64,000 nucleotides of DNA, taken from the sequence record KF147891.1. One strand, written 5' to 3'. Position numbers and translations under genes: made by a program. The notes beneath the pieces were generated by a model that was given only the letters and a program-made list of their open reading frames with translations, was not told the DNA's origin and ran no database searches. Shown here piece after piece: positions 53,630 to 62,704 of the stretch; position 1 is the first letter of the stretch; each line of letters begins with the position of its first letter. The stretch comes from Pseudomonas phage PaBG.

Positions 53630-54436
53630 ATGGGAATCTACCTTCGCGTCACCGATCAGGCGCTGATCGACGCTGTTTCAAACATGAGAGGGAACACCAC
53701 CCTCGTTCAGGACAAGACTCTGCTGGAGCTGTGCAAGGCTGCCAGCCATGTGCATTACGAGAATGGCGAGCCAGTGGGTTTGCTGGTCGATCACACCATG
53801 CGAAAATCGGAGCTGACTGCGCACAGCCTGGAAGGGCTTGTGTTGCGACGTGACGACGTTCCGTGTTTCGGCCGTTTGTGCTCGCTGTACGTTCCGAATC
53901 GCAGGACGATCATCGGAAAAGAGATTGCGTCTATCATGGATGCAATCTCCCAGTCGTCTCGCGTTGCGCGCTACGCTGTTGACTTGGTTGCGCCCAGGAT
54001 CAAATCCAAAATCGCCATCGATGACTTCCAGTTCGACTACCGCGCCCAGGCCCGCGTTCACTTCATCGCCGGCAACCTGTACATCGGCATGGCGGGTGTC
54101 AGCATCGTTAAGCATGTGTATGACGTTGGGCATGGTGTGGAGTTGATCGAACGTGCCGAGTATCGCGCCGCAGTGAAGCAACATCAGGTATCCGCACACA
54201 ACCATCTGTTCAACGAGAACGACAGTCTGGTGCACCGTGCGAAAGCCGCGCTCGACCCATTCCTGCCGCTTGATTTGGCTGTGGTTAGTTCGCTGCTGAC
54301 CGACATCTATCAACGGGTGATCGTCAAACCAAAGGACATCGCCCATTACATTCCGCATGTGTTGCTGGAGCGCGAGCTGATGTATGTCTACGCCTCGCTC
54401 GTTGCGATACTGCATGCCTTCTACGGGGTGGAGTGA
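53630..54436 (+). CDS. hypothetical protein (first gene of a 4-gene coupled operon)
   Basis: An AAGGAC Shine-Dalgarno; 268 aa. A CTGTGAAAAT motif lies about 60 nt upstream. Confidence 0.55.
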   Translation: MGIYLRVTDQALIDAVSNMRGNTTLVQDKTLLELCKAASHVHYENGEPVGLLVDHTMRKSELTAHSLEGLVLRRDDVPCFGRLCSLYVPNRRTIIGKEIASIMDAISQSSRVARYAVDLVAPRIKSKIAIDDFQFDYRAQARVHFIAGNLYIGMAGVSIVKHVYDVGHGVELIERAEYRAAVKQHQVSAHNHLFNENDSLVHRAKAALDPFLPLDLAVVSSLLTDIYQRVIVKPKDIAHYIPHVLLERELMYVYASLVAILHAFYGVE

Positions 54437-54777
54437 TGAACACCGTACTGCTTCTGGGCTTGGCAGTTTTCCTGTTCTTCTGGCTGACCGTCATCTGGAG
54501 CCGCTTCGTCACTGACGTGTATCTGAATGTGGCGCAAGCGGCAATCGATGCCTCTCGGTGCTGCATGTTGTTCGACCAGATCACTGCCGGCGATTGGGAT
54601 TTCTCTACGGTCTGCAACTCCTGCGAGTTTGACCTTCCATTCGTTGACTTTGCCTCGCAGCCTATCTCTTGGTGGCCTGCTGTCTGGGTGTGGGATTTCA
54701 TCGGACGGCAGATCGTCATGGAGCACAGCGCCAGCAACATGGAGCTCGATTGGGCTGGCGTGGAGTTCTCGGTATGA
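54436..54777 (+). CDS. small membrane protein with Cys cluster
   Basis: ATG at 54436 (TGATG overlap). N-terminal transmembrane segment LLLGLAVFLFFWLTVIW, plus CC...C..C in the soluble part. Confidence 0.5.
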   Translation: MNTVLLLGLAVFLFFWLTVIWSRFVTDVYLNVAQAAIDASRCCMLFDQITAGDWDFSTVCNSCEFDLPFVDFASQPISWWPAVWVWDFIGRQIVMEHSASNMELDWAGVEFSV

Positions 54778-55451
54778 CTGAGCATCAGGTATTGCCTGAG
54801 GAAATCGCCAATAACCAACGGCTGCTGCGCATCCACATTTCGCTGACGTCCGAAGAACTGCGTGAGTATTTTGCCATGCGCTCTGCGTGCCGAGAGCTTC
54901 CAGCAGGATCGGAAGCCCAACGTGCTCTCGTTGGCAATTTCACCCAACGCTTCTCTGATTTCGTGGCTGACTGGAAGACGTTTGGTGTTACGCAGTACCC
55001 GACGCCGCTGCTTCCGTCGCTGCCGTACAACTACTTCGCCACGATCGACCGTGAGCACGCATCTGGTGCCGTGCTCTTTCTGCTAGCGAACCCGTCGCCG
55101 CAGAGTCGCGCAATCTACGCCCATTGGGCGACGTGGAGAGCAATGCTGGCTGCGGTTGGTTTAGGTTCGTTGCATGACGATCTGTGCCAGTGGAGTTCGT
55201 ACTTGCAAGTCATGCGCAAGGTCTGCTCGCAGAAGACGTTCCCGCGTCAAACCCTCTGGGCTGAACTGATTCCGCAACTGGTGATGCGCCGCGACTTGGT
55301 AGACGGCCGCGTAACTGGCGTCGTTGCTTATGTTGCCCGCTGCATCCGAGACTGCCTTGGGTTGGATCGTAATTCCGATCGTCTGATAATCAGCGACACC
55401 GGTCTGGTAGTTGACGGACCTGCCCTTACCATTGAACGGAGACTCCCATGA
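54774..55451 (+). CDS. hypothetical protein
   Basis: Start at MTEHQVLPEE (ATGA coupling); 225 aa. Confidence 0.5.
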   Translation: MTEHQVLPEEIANNQRLLRIHISLTSEELREYFAMRSACRELPAGSEAQRALVGNFTQRFSDFVADWKTFGVTQYPTPLLPSLPYNYFATIDREHASGAVLFLLANPSPQSRAIYAHWATWRAMLAAVGLGSLHDDLCQWSSYLQVMRKVCSQKTFPRQTLWAELIPQLVMRRDLVDGRVTGVVAYVARCIRDCLGLDRNSDRLIISDTGLVVDGPALTIERRLP

Positions 55452-56098
55452 TGGAAAACTTCCTCACGCACGACGACATCGTAACCTTCTTCTCGGACAT
55501 GGATGTCAGCGTGCAAATCCTGCAGCAACACCAGGGTTCGCAGTACACCGACATCAACGGCCAGCAGGCTGTCGCTGCGTTCGCAGAGTTCAGCGGTCAC
55601 ATTCCTTTCCCGAACACTGACGGTGATCTGCGCGAAGCGGCCGCAGCGCTCAAGCGCAAACTGCGCGAAGCTCGTGGCGACGCCAACACCGTACTGGTTC
55701 GTTCCATGGTCGCCACCTCGGCACCCACAGGCGTGTCCTTGTTCGCACACTGCGCCTTCGTCAAGGCCTTCGTCGAAGTCGATCCGCGCACTGAGCGCGT
55801 TCGTCGTTTGGTTGAGCGCGGCGAGTGCTGCAACGTCGGCGATGTGGCTCACGCTCTGATCCTCGGCTATCGCTGCGCCCGACCTACGTGGGAGAACGAT
55901 GCGTTCATCTACCTGCAGAACGCGAGCGAGTTCAAGGTCAATCGCGCACCTCTGCTCGGTATTTTCCCCGAGGGCACCAACATCAAGTTCGAGGCGCACA
56001 TCGATCAGTACCAAGACGACGGCAGTGTTCGCGTCTGGTCGCCGAGTGTTGCCGACATCCTGGCCACCGACTGGATCATCCTGGCTCACGAAGTGTGA
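55448..56098 (+). CDS. hypothetical protein
   Basis: ATGA coupling and a GGAGAC Shine-Dalgarno; 216 aa. Confidence 0.55.
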   Translation: MMENFLTHDDIVTFFSDMDVSVQILQQHQGSQYTDINGQQAVAAFAEFSGHIPFPNTDGDLREAAAALKRKLREARGDANTVLVRSMVATSAPTGVSLFAHCAFVKAFVEVDPRTERVRRLVERGECCNVGDVAHALILGYRCARPTWENDAFIYLQNASEFKVNRAPLLGIFPEGTNIKFEAHIDQYQDDGSVRVWSPSVADILATDWIILAHEV

Positions 56099-56227
56099 CA
56101 GCCGAAGTCGAAAATGCTAATTGACTAAGCACTGAAAAGTGTAAACAAAGTTCACTGGTCACTGCGAGTGCGTCGGAAGTCCCCCGACATTCAACCGATG
56201 CCCACACTCCTCGCAGTGATCCTTTTT

Positions 56228-56303
<76 letters not shown>

Positions 56304-56325
56304 TATTCTCTGGAGATACACGAAC

Positions 56326-56799
56326 ATGCCGCAAGTTTCTGCGCCAGAAGGCGATGCGCTACTCGACCTCGCCAACATGCCTGATCCTGCCATCGACGAT
56401 GCGTTCGATCTTCACCTGATCGAGGCGAATGACGGCGTATGTCGTGCGGTCGCGCCGATCTTCAAGTCCCTGCAACTGGCGCTGTCCGATATGAGTTACA
56501 CGGACAACGGTGCGCAGTACAAGGAAGAAACTGGACATCGCGGTGCGCTGACGCTGGAGTTCTTCAACAACGTCGGTGGTCAGCAGTGGATCGACGGTTG
56601 CGACGCGCTCATCGCCGAACTCGATGCCGTTGTATTCCACGTGTACCATGCCAACGGCGAGCTGTACAGCGAACTCCGCTTCTCTGGCTTGACCGAGCCG
56701 GAGTTCACCCGCGAGTTCTCGCACAGCGATCCGACAGTGCAGGTCCTGCAGTACGTCTGGCTGTTTGCCGACGTCAAGGAAACTGTGAAAGAGCAGTAA
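56326..56799 (+). CDS. hypothetical acidic protein
   Basis: A GGAGAT Shine-Dalgarno; 157 aa. Confidence 0.55.
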   Translation: MPQVSAPEGDALLDLANMPDPAIDDAFDLHLIEANDGVCRAVAPIFKSLQLALSDMSYTDNGAQYKEETGHRGALTLEFFNNVGGQQWIDGCDALIAELDAVVFHVYHANGELYSELRFSGLTEPEFTREFSHSDPTVQVLQYVWLFADVKETVKEQ

Positions 56800-57111
56800 A
56801 GAACATCCGACCGCCGATTGCGTGCTCGTCCCACGTGATCGACGGTTTTGGCAGCGACTCCGCTAAGCTGCCGACCAGATGGGTGTGCGGAAGGGTTCGG
56901 CGGAGGTAGCAACTTCGCCGTCGATTGGCCAGTGCAGCGCGTCCTCAGCGTACTCGTCCTACGCAGTCCTCAGCGCTGTACCGCCGTTAGCGTTTACCAA
57001 GCGCCTGCCGAATGCCTGCTCGTCCCAGGATTGGCTGGCCAAAAGACGCAAAGCCCTGCTCGACTTTCCGGTGGAGTAGTAACCGGCTCGATTACTTGAA
57101 GGAGAACAGGC

Positions 57112-57348
57112 ATGTTCCTTTCGCTTTGCCTTGGGCTTGCTCTGGTGTGCGTTGAGCCGACTGCTCCGCCTACACGACCAGATGTCGTGTACTACCAGAC
57201 AGAGACCCGCATGGTTGCTGTTCGGGAATACACCGAACCAAAAGAAGTCGCCGCACTTCCGGAACAGAGTGGCGGTGCGCCCTATCCACGATCAGCGCCT
57301 AACGACCGCGGTCGTGAAGGCCACCGATGTACCATCGGGGTTGCCTAG
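57112..57348 (+). CDS. small secreted/lipoprotein-like protein
   Basis: An AAGGAGAAC Shine-Dalgarno 6 nt upstream. N-terminus MFLSLCLGLALVC; 78 aa. Confidence 0.35.
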   Translation: MFLSLCLGLALVCVEPTAPPTRPDVVYYQTETRMVAVREYTEPKEVAALPEQSGGAPYPRSAPNDRGREGHRCTIGVA

Positions 57349-58105
57349 CTGTCCGGAGCTTCCGCGATCCCGCCCCAAACCGAAACACCACATCGCTAGG
57401 CTTAACGGCCAACAAAATCGCTGAGAGCGAATGAAGTGCGCGAGAAATCGTAGGCACTAAGAAAGGGCAAGGCGGCACGTTAGAGAACAAGGCAAGAGGC
57501 TGACTCGCTGGATTTAGCGACCAGATGCGCCGGGAAACAAACCTCTGCCGCCTGCCAACCTAAAGCGGACTGATGAGTGGTTCAAGTCCACATGGCGAAA
57601 GCCTCGGGTGAAAGGCCCACGAAACTCAAACGAGTATCCGCATGAACGCCGCTCCTGGATGAGCGGTGGGTTCAAGTACACCGACCCACTAATCGGGTCG
57701 TTTCTCGGAGCTGCTTCTGCTGAGATTTCTGTGCGTAGTGAGAAGCCATAGGAGCCTTCGGATACCTGGTCGGCTCATGCCGATAGCGCTTTTTCATCGG
57801 CGCTATCGTACAGGGTTATGGTGGTCATGTGAAACACAAGCACATGCACGCTGCACTCGTTCCCGCCCGCGAGTTCCACCATGCCTGCGGTGAAAGCCAC
57901 AGGTGCAGCCTATTTATGCCATCACGCTCGGCAACGTGCTGAGAAGAAAGAAACGATAAGGCGAGTCTACATACGCCGATCGGCCGCATAGCAGCCCATT
58001 GTGGCAGCCGCATAGTGCCGATTGCCGTTGCGACCAAGCACTTGGACACAAACGCTTCTTGAGTCGTCGAGCGTGATGGCACCCTATTGAACAGAGGTAA
58101 CACGT

Positions 58106-58288
58106 ATGTGTATTTGCCGCCGTGCATGGTTCCTGATTGTCGTCAGCGCATTGTACCTGTTGGGTTGCGTTGTCGCATGGTCCATGGGTTGTCTGAATGT
58201 TTACGTCAACCCGGCACAGCTGGTATACGTTGCCGTTCTCTCTGTTCCGCTGTGGTGCAAGTCAGTAGGACGTTTGCTTCACATGTGA
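58106..58288 (+). CDS. small hydrophobic membrane protein
   Basis: A GAGGTAACACGT Shine-Dalgarno; 60 aa with two hydrophobic helices. Preferred over the overlapping-frame ORF 58087..58296. Confidence 0.35.
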   Translation: MCICRRAWFLIVVSALYLLGCVVAWSMGCLNVYVNPAQLVYVAVLSVPLWCKSVGRLLHM

Positions 58289-58294
58289 GTCTGT

Positions 58295-58388
58295 GACCCA
58301 GTAGCTCAGTTGGTAGAGCGCGTGAACGCCTGCGCCGATAGCGGGAGTAACGTCATAGAGGTCGAGAGTTCAAATCTCTCCTGGGTCT
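58295..58388 (+). tRNA. aberrant tRNA-like gene (94 nt, extra roughly 20 nt between D-arm and T-arm; identity unresolved)
   Basis: Perfect 7-bp acceptor (GACCCAG/CTGGGTC), canonical D-arm GCTCAGTTGGTAGAGC and T-arm GAGAG-TTCAAAT-CTCTC. The 43-nt middle does not fold into a standard anticodon arm plus variable loop; a possible CCTGC-GCCGATA-GCGGG arm would need 8-9 extra nt. Confidence 0.4.
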
Positions 58389-58605
58389 GCCTATTTCTGT
58401 AAAGGATGTACACGATGTTGCCGTCAATGCACTTTCCACTAAAGCGTCCTGTGCTTACTCCAGAAGAAGCCAGTGCGTCGCGTGCCAGAACCCTTGAGGC
58501 TATTCGCAAATGCCGCGAAGCCCAAGCTGAACTGGAGCGAGTTTGCCGTGAGAAAGGCATTGAGATTCCGGTGATGGTCTGTCGTTCTAGTTTCCGAGTT
58601 CGTTC

Positions 58606-58681
58606 GGGTCGTTAGCTCAGTTGGTAGAGCATGGCGCTTTTAACGCCGTGGTCGTTGGTTCGAGTCCAACACGACCCACCA
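58606..58681 (+). tRNA. tRNA-Lys (anticodon UUU)
   Basis: Acceptor GGGTCGT/ACGACCC, anticodon stem TGGCG/CGCCG with loop CTTTTAA, T-arm GTTGG-TTCGAGT-CCAAC, and an encoded CCA. Confidence 0.65.
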
Positions 58682-58689
58682 GTTTCATA

Positions 58690-58765
58690 GGCCCCATAGT
58701 CGAGCGGTTAAGACGCTTGCCTGTCACGCAAGAAATCGCGGGTTCGATTCCCGCTGGGGTCGCCA
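58690..58765 (+). tRNA. tRNA-Asp (anticodon GUC)
   Basis: Acceptor GGCCCCA/TGGGGTC (one G-U pair), anticodon stem CTTGC/GCAAG with loop CTGTCAC, T-arm CGCGG-GTTCGAT-TCCCG, and CCA. Confidence 0.65.
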
Positions 58766-58766
58766 T

Positions 58767-58843
58767 AGGACGTTAGCTCAGTTGGTTAGAGCATCTGACT
58801 TTTAATCAGAGGGTCCTGGGTTCGAGTCCCAGACGTCCTACCA
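58767..58843 (+). tRNA. second tRNA with UUU anticodon (Lys)
   Basis: Acceptor AGGACGT/ACGTCCT, anticodon stem TCTGA/TCAGA with loop CTTTTAA, T-arm CTGGG-TTCGAGT-CCCAG, and CCA. It differs in sequence from the first Lys tRNA. Confidence 0.6.
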
Positions 58844-59128
58844 TATAAATGCCGCCGCCCACATTCTAGCTTGGTCGCCTGATTAGGCGGAGGCAACGCA
58901 GCAGCTTGTTCAGTTTCGTCACGGCTTCTGAACTACCTTGCAGCCAAGAGCGGGAAGAGCGCTCACCTATCCTGGCCTGTAGTCCGGAACACTCGGGCTC
59001 GACGGTGCACTCCTCGACAAGTGCGCTGTGACTGTGATTAGACTGACCGGTGTCGAGAGGATCGCCAGTGGCCGGTATATCTTCAGGGAGTGGAAGGAAA
59101 AACTCCCTTAGCCTTTTTGGAGATTGTG

Positions 59129-59326
59129 ATGCTTGCCCAATTGTTGAAGACGGCACGTAGAAAGTGGTACGACTTCTGGGATTACCAGATCGTTCGCGTT
59201 TGGCACCAAGACAGCCCTGGTGTTCGTGTGTACGTCAGTCGAAATTGGTTGCAGCGCATGATCTACAGCAAGGAGTTCTCTCACGTTGGTGAGAGGCACC
59301 TTGAACAGAATCAACCTGCCAGTTGA
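59129..59326 (+). CDS. small hypothetical protein
   Basis: Start at MLAQLLKTARRKWYDF with a GGAGATTGTG Shine-Dalgarno; 65 aa. Confidence 0.4.
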   Translation: MLAQLLKTARRKWYDFWDYQIVRVWHQDSPGVRVYVSRNWLQRMIYSKEFSHVGERHLEQNQPAS

Positions 59327-59375
59327 TGCCTGCTTTGTTGCATAGCCCAAGTCTACGGAAAGACATCTACCTCAG

Positions 59376-59400
59376 CGGCGGCCTTCGGGTCGCCGTTTTT
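59376..59400 (+). terminator. rho-independent terminator GCGGCCttcgGGTCGCC-GTTTTT
   Basis: GC stem with a TTCG loop and a T-run. A paralogous hairpin lies at 59886..59908. Confidence 0.55.
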
Positions 59401-59427
59401 GTTTGGTTCAACCCAAGGAGATACCCA

Positions 59428-59880
59428 ATGGCGTCTAACGTCTTTTCCAACTTCGACACGCGCCAGCTGGAGCGTCGTCTGTACATGCTGCTGGATGAGT
59501 TCTCCGCAGTCGATCCTGTGTTCGGCAAGATCACCGCGGCGAAACACTTCCTGACCAACTACGCCTCCATCGACATCTTCCACAACATCTGGCTGTTCGT
59601 GTTCTACGCGCTGCTCGCCGACTACGGTGACAAGTCCGCCACGATCCACGACTGGCTGTACTCCGGATATGGCATCACGCAGGCTGACGGTAGCATCTAC
59701 TACCCGACGCGCAAGGAATGCGACCAGATCATGTATCGGCTACTTCGTGCTGAGGGTGTCGCCCGATGGCGAGCGTGGATGTTCTACGCAGGTGTCCGTA
59801 TTGGCGGCAATAGCCACTACACGCAATTCGCAGATCGCGCCATGATCGAAGTGCGCGCTGCTGACTATATCGACGCATGA
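59428..59880 (+). CDS. hypothetical protein
   Basis: Start at MASNVFSNFD with an AAGGAGATACCCA Shine-Dalgarno; 150 aa. Confidence 0.6.
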   Translation: MASNVFSNFDTRQLERRLYMLLDEFSAVDPVFGKITAAKHFLTNYASIDIFHNIWLFVFYALLADYGDKSATIHDWLYSGYGITQADGSIYYPTRKECDQIMYRLLRAEGVARWRAWMFYAGVRIGGNSHYTQFADRAMIEVRAADYIDA

Positions 59881-59885
59881 ATCTA

Positions 59886-59908
59886 GGCGGCCTCCGGGTC
59901 GCCTTTTT
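59886..59908 (+). terminator. rho-independent terminator GGCGGCCtccGGGTCGCC-TTTTT
   Basis: As described; it is followed immediately by a TTCTGTAAATG promoter-like motif. Confidence 0.55.
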
Positions 59909-59948
59909 CATTTCTGTAAATGAAGCGCAACAACATGGAGGCTTCGCA

Positions 59949-60419
59949 ATGAAGTGCAACATCAAGATTATGTGGCAGGACATCTTCGCCCGCGATACTT
60001 TGTTTGAGGCGCTGACGCCGCATACGAAGAAATTCAGCGTCTCCACGGAAGTGGATGATGGAGTTTACTGGCTTGGTGCCGATGCGGTGCAAGAGCGGAT
60101 CAGCGTGAACGTGTACGCAGCCTCTTTGGGCCGAGACAACGATGCCGTGGCCGACCGCATTGTCGAACTCTACCGAACTCGCAACGTGCGTTACGTGGCG
60201 CTCGACACTCGACACGTCAACCAAGACGTGTACCACGCCTGGCTGGAGAAACTGCAGGCGCGACTGCCCGATCCGATATACGTCTTCGACCCGTCAGTCG
60301 GCGGGCCTTACTTCGATCAACTCATTCAGGACATGAACGATGGTGTCACACGAATCCCAGAAAGAGCACTTCCAGACGCTTCGGCAACTGGCCGCGACAA
60401 TGGGGAAGAACATTGGTGA
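59949..60419 (+). CDS. hypothetical protein
   Basis: Start at MKCNIKIMWQD with a GGAGGCTTCGCA Shine-Dalgarno; 156 aa. Confidence 0.6.
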   Translation: MKCNIKIMWQDIFARDTLFEALTPHTKKFSVSTEVDDGVYWLGADAVQERISVNVYAASLGRDNDAVADRIVELYRTRNVRYVALDTRHVNQDVYHAWLEKLQARLPDPIYVFDPSVGGPYFDQLIQDMNDGVTRIPERALPDASATGRDNGEEHW

Positions 60420-60621
60420 GTTCGTCAACAGCGGCAACGTCTTCCATCGGCCGTGTGCTGATTATCAAGGTAAAGGCGCAACGCTGACGATTACTGCCCG
60501 CGGGACCATACGCGCAAGTGTCCACACGCCAACACCCACAGGCATCGAGACTTTCTGGGGATGGACCTACATGGACGATCAACCCGGACTCAAGCGCCTG
60601 ATCAAGCGCATCGCACTCTAG
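60340..60621 (+). CDS. possible small overlapping ORF
   Basis: 93 aa in another frame, overlapping the previous gene by 80 nt; no good Shine-Dalgarno. Confidence 0.2.
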   Translation: MVSHESQKEHFQTLRQLAATMGKNIGEFVNSGNVFHRPCADYQGKGATLTITARGTIRASVHTPTPTGIETFWGWTYMDDQPGLKRLIKRIAL

Positions 60622-60688
60622 GGAGCCAATGGCTCCCTTTTCCTTTGGCCGTGGTAATTTCTCCGAATCGAACATGAGGAGATTTGCC

Positions 60689-61192
60689 ATGCTTGGATTA
60701 TTCGGCAACGTGACTGTGAAGAAAGGCAAGCGGAAACGCAAATTCAAGAAGTACCGCCAGTACGAATACGATTTCTACGGGCGCAAGCTGGTGCTGCAAG
60801 GCTACGAAGCACAAGCGCTTGAGTACCTTGTCGAAGTCGGCGGGTTCGATCCTGCGGACATCAAGACCGAGTGCGAGTTCGGCGACGCCCTGAACATCCG
60901 TTACAAGTATTCGGGCAAATGGCGTTCCTACATGCCTGACATTTTCATCCGCAACCACAACATCATCGTCGAAGTGAAGTCGAAATCCACGATGGGCTTG
61001 TTGAACAACAAGAAGCGTGGTTGGTCGATGAACCAAGCCAAGGCGAAGGCGTGCCATGCCCGCGGTTTCAAGTTCTGCGTGCTTCTGATGACCGACTCAG
61101 GCAAGCGCATTCCGCTGCCGAAGAACTGGCCGCTGATGAAGAAGGCGGAGTGCCTGCGCATCATGCGTGAGGAGCTTGGAGTTCGCATCTAA
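60689..61192 (+). CDS. PD-(D/E)xK endonuclease, T7 endonuclease I / TnsA-N-like (candidate junction-resolving or homing nuclease)
   Basis: Start at MLGLFGN after an ATGAGGAGATTTGCC Shine-Dalgarno. YMPDIFIRNHNIIVEVKSKS carries the D-x9-E-V-K core. Confidence 0.5.
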   Translation: MLGLFGNVTVKKGKRKRKFKKYRQYEYDFYGRKLVLQGYEAQALEYLVEVGGFDPADIKTECEFGDALNIRYKYSGKWRSYMPDIFIRNHNIIVEVKSKSTMGLLNNKKRGWSMNQAKAKACHARGFKFCVLLMTDSGKRIPLPKNWPLMKKAECLRIMREELGVRI

Positions 61193-61231
61193 ACTGTAAA
61201 CTCCAGCTATACCAACACAGAGCACACGGAC

Positions 61232-61879
61232 ATGAGCATTACCTACAAGTACGGAAACGGCAAGTTGATCGGCTACCGTTCCGTAGACAAGTTTCATGGT
61301 GGCCTGTCGTTCAAGTTTCATCCAGACGGCGGAGACTCGTTCGATCGGTTCATCGACAAGGGTTTGATTCTCGAAATCAAAACTCAGTACGGTGAGCAAA
61401 CGATCGCGCTGAAACGGAACGACTACCGCGTAGTTCCCGAGCTGTGGAACTGCACCACGCTGATTTTCCAGAGTAACGAGTTGGCGCGCTCGCTCCACCT
61501 TGCTCTCGACGTTGAAGGCTTCCTGCACGTTTCGACACACAGCACGGCGACCCTTGCCGCTGAGTTGGCGAGCACCATCACGCACCAGCTGGCAACACCG
61601 TTCATGAAGCGCAAGCAGATTGACGTGCATCTGCGTAGTGAGCCCAGCGTCATCGCGCATTCCATTCTTCGGTGCATCGGGCTCAACCGATTCGCACCCG
61701 GCATGGACGTCAAGACGTTCTACCAACAGCATACGCCAGAAGCAGCCTACTCTGCGCTGTGTGCGTGGCTGAGCAACAAAGACCTTCGCGTGAACTTCCT
61801 GCCGCATGATGGCACGAAGCGCGCCGCATTCGTTTCTCGCATTGGCGAGAATGTTTTGGAGTTCGCCGAACAGGCGTAA
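61232..61879 (+). CDS. hypothetical protein
   Basis: 215 aa. An AAACTGTAAACTCC motif lies 31 nt upstream. Confidence 0.55.
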   Translation: MSITYKYGNGKLIGYRSVDKFHGGLSFKFHPDGGDSFDRFIDKGLILEIKTQYGEQTIALKRNDYRVVPELWNCTTLIFQSNELARSLHLALDVEGFLHVSTHSTATLAAELASTITHQLATPFMKRKQIDVHLRSEPSVIAHSILRCIGLNRFAPGMDVKTFYQQHTPEAAYSALCAWLSNKDLRVNFLPHDGTKRAAFVSRIGENVLEFAEQA

Positions 61880-61896
61880 GCAAATAGGACCCATCA

Positions 61897-62693
61897 TGGC
61901 AGCCGTACGTAAACTATCCGACCTGAAAGAAGCTGGCTACAACCCGCGCGTCATCAGCAGCAAGCGCCTCAGCAACCTGCACAAGTCCATGACGACCTAC
62001 GGCGACCTGAGCGGCGTCGTGTTCAACGTCAAGACCAAGACCCTGATTTCCGGCCACCAGCGCCTCAAGCCGCTGCGTGATGCTGGCATCAAAGTCGAAA
62101 TCAAGACCAAGCCCATCACCGACAAGTTCGGCACTGTAGCCGAAGGCTACGTCGTCGCCAAGACCAGCGCCGGCGAGCTGCGCATCCCGTACCGCGAAGT
62201 ATCCTGGAGCGACAAGAAAGCCGAGTACGCTGCCAACATCGCTGCAAACGCTCACGGCGGTGACTTCGACCGCACCAAGCTCGGTACCCTGCTGGCTGCT
62301 CTGGAGAAGGGCAAGTCGTTCGACATCGACGTTCTGGGTCTCGATCCGTTGAGCGTGCGCAGCCTGATGCCGAAGATGCCGAACGTCGAAGGTAGCGGTG
62401 ACGATGACGGTGAATCGTTCCAAGAGTACGGCGAGGACAGCTTCGAGTTCGATCATCAGTGCCCGAAGTGCAAGTTCCAGTTCAACTCCAGCTCTGCAAG
62501 CAAGCCCAAGAAGGACAAGCCGCAACCCAAGGCGCCGAAGCTCGACGTGAAGAAGGCCAAAGCCGAAGTCAAAGCCAAGAAGATCAAGGCTGAGAAGAAG
62601 ACCGACAGCAAGGCCAAGTCCAGCGCCGCAAAAGAATCGCTGAAAAAAGCGAAGTCCAGTAAGCTCAAGGCCAAGATCAAGAAGGCCAAGTAA
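61897..62693 (+). CDS. ParB-like nuclease-domain protein with zinc ribbon and histone-like Lys-rich tail
   Basis: Start at MAAVRKLSDLKEAGYNPR. ISGHQRLKPLRDAGI matches the ParB/Srx signature GxRRxxA. CPKCKFQF is a zinc ribbon. The tail reads KPKKDKPQPKAPKLDVKKAKAEVKAKKIKAEKK... Confidence 0.6.
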
Positions 62694-62704
62694 GTAGGTC
62701 AGCC

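Noticed and set aside
57540-57600. Hammerhead ribozyme call for CUGAUGAG...CGAAA
   Set aside because: Five extra nucleotides separate stem II from GAAA, and no proper stem I/III or cleavage-site strand could be assembled by eye. It is reported only as a low-interest oddity.
58295-58388. Selenocysteine tRNA as explanation for the over-long tRNA-like gene
   Set aside because: An 8-bp acceptor stem cannot be formed (T-T mismatch), and no UCA anticodon sits in a plausible loop. It is kept as an unresolved aberrant tRNA instead.
58415-58615. 69-aa ORF running into the tRNA-Lys gene
   Set aside because: It overlaps the 5' end of tRNA-Lys and begins about 13 nt after a promoter-like motif that more likely serves the tRNA array. 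It is possibly a short real peptide, but unsupported.
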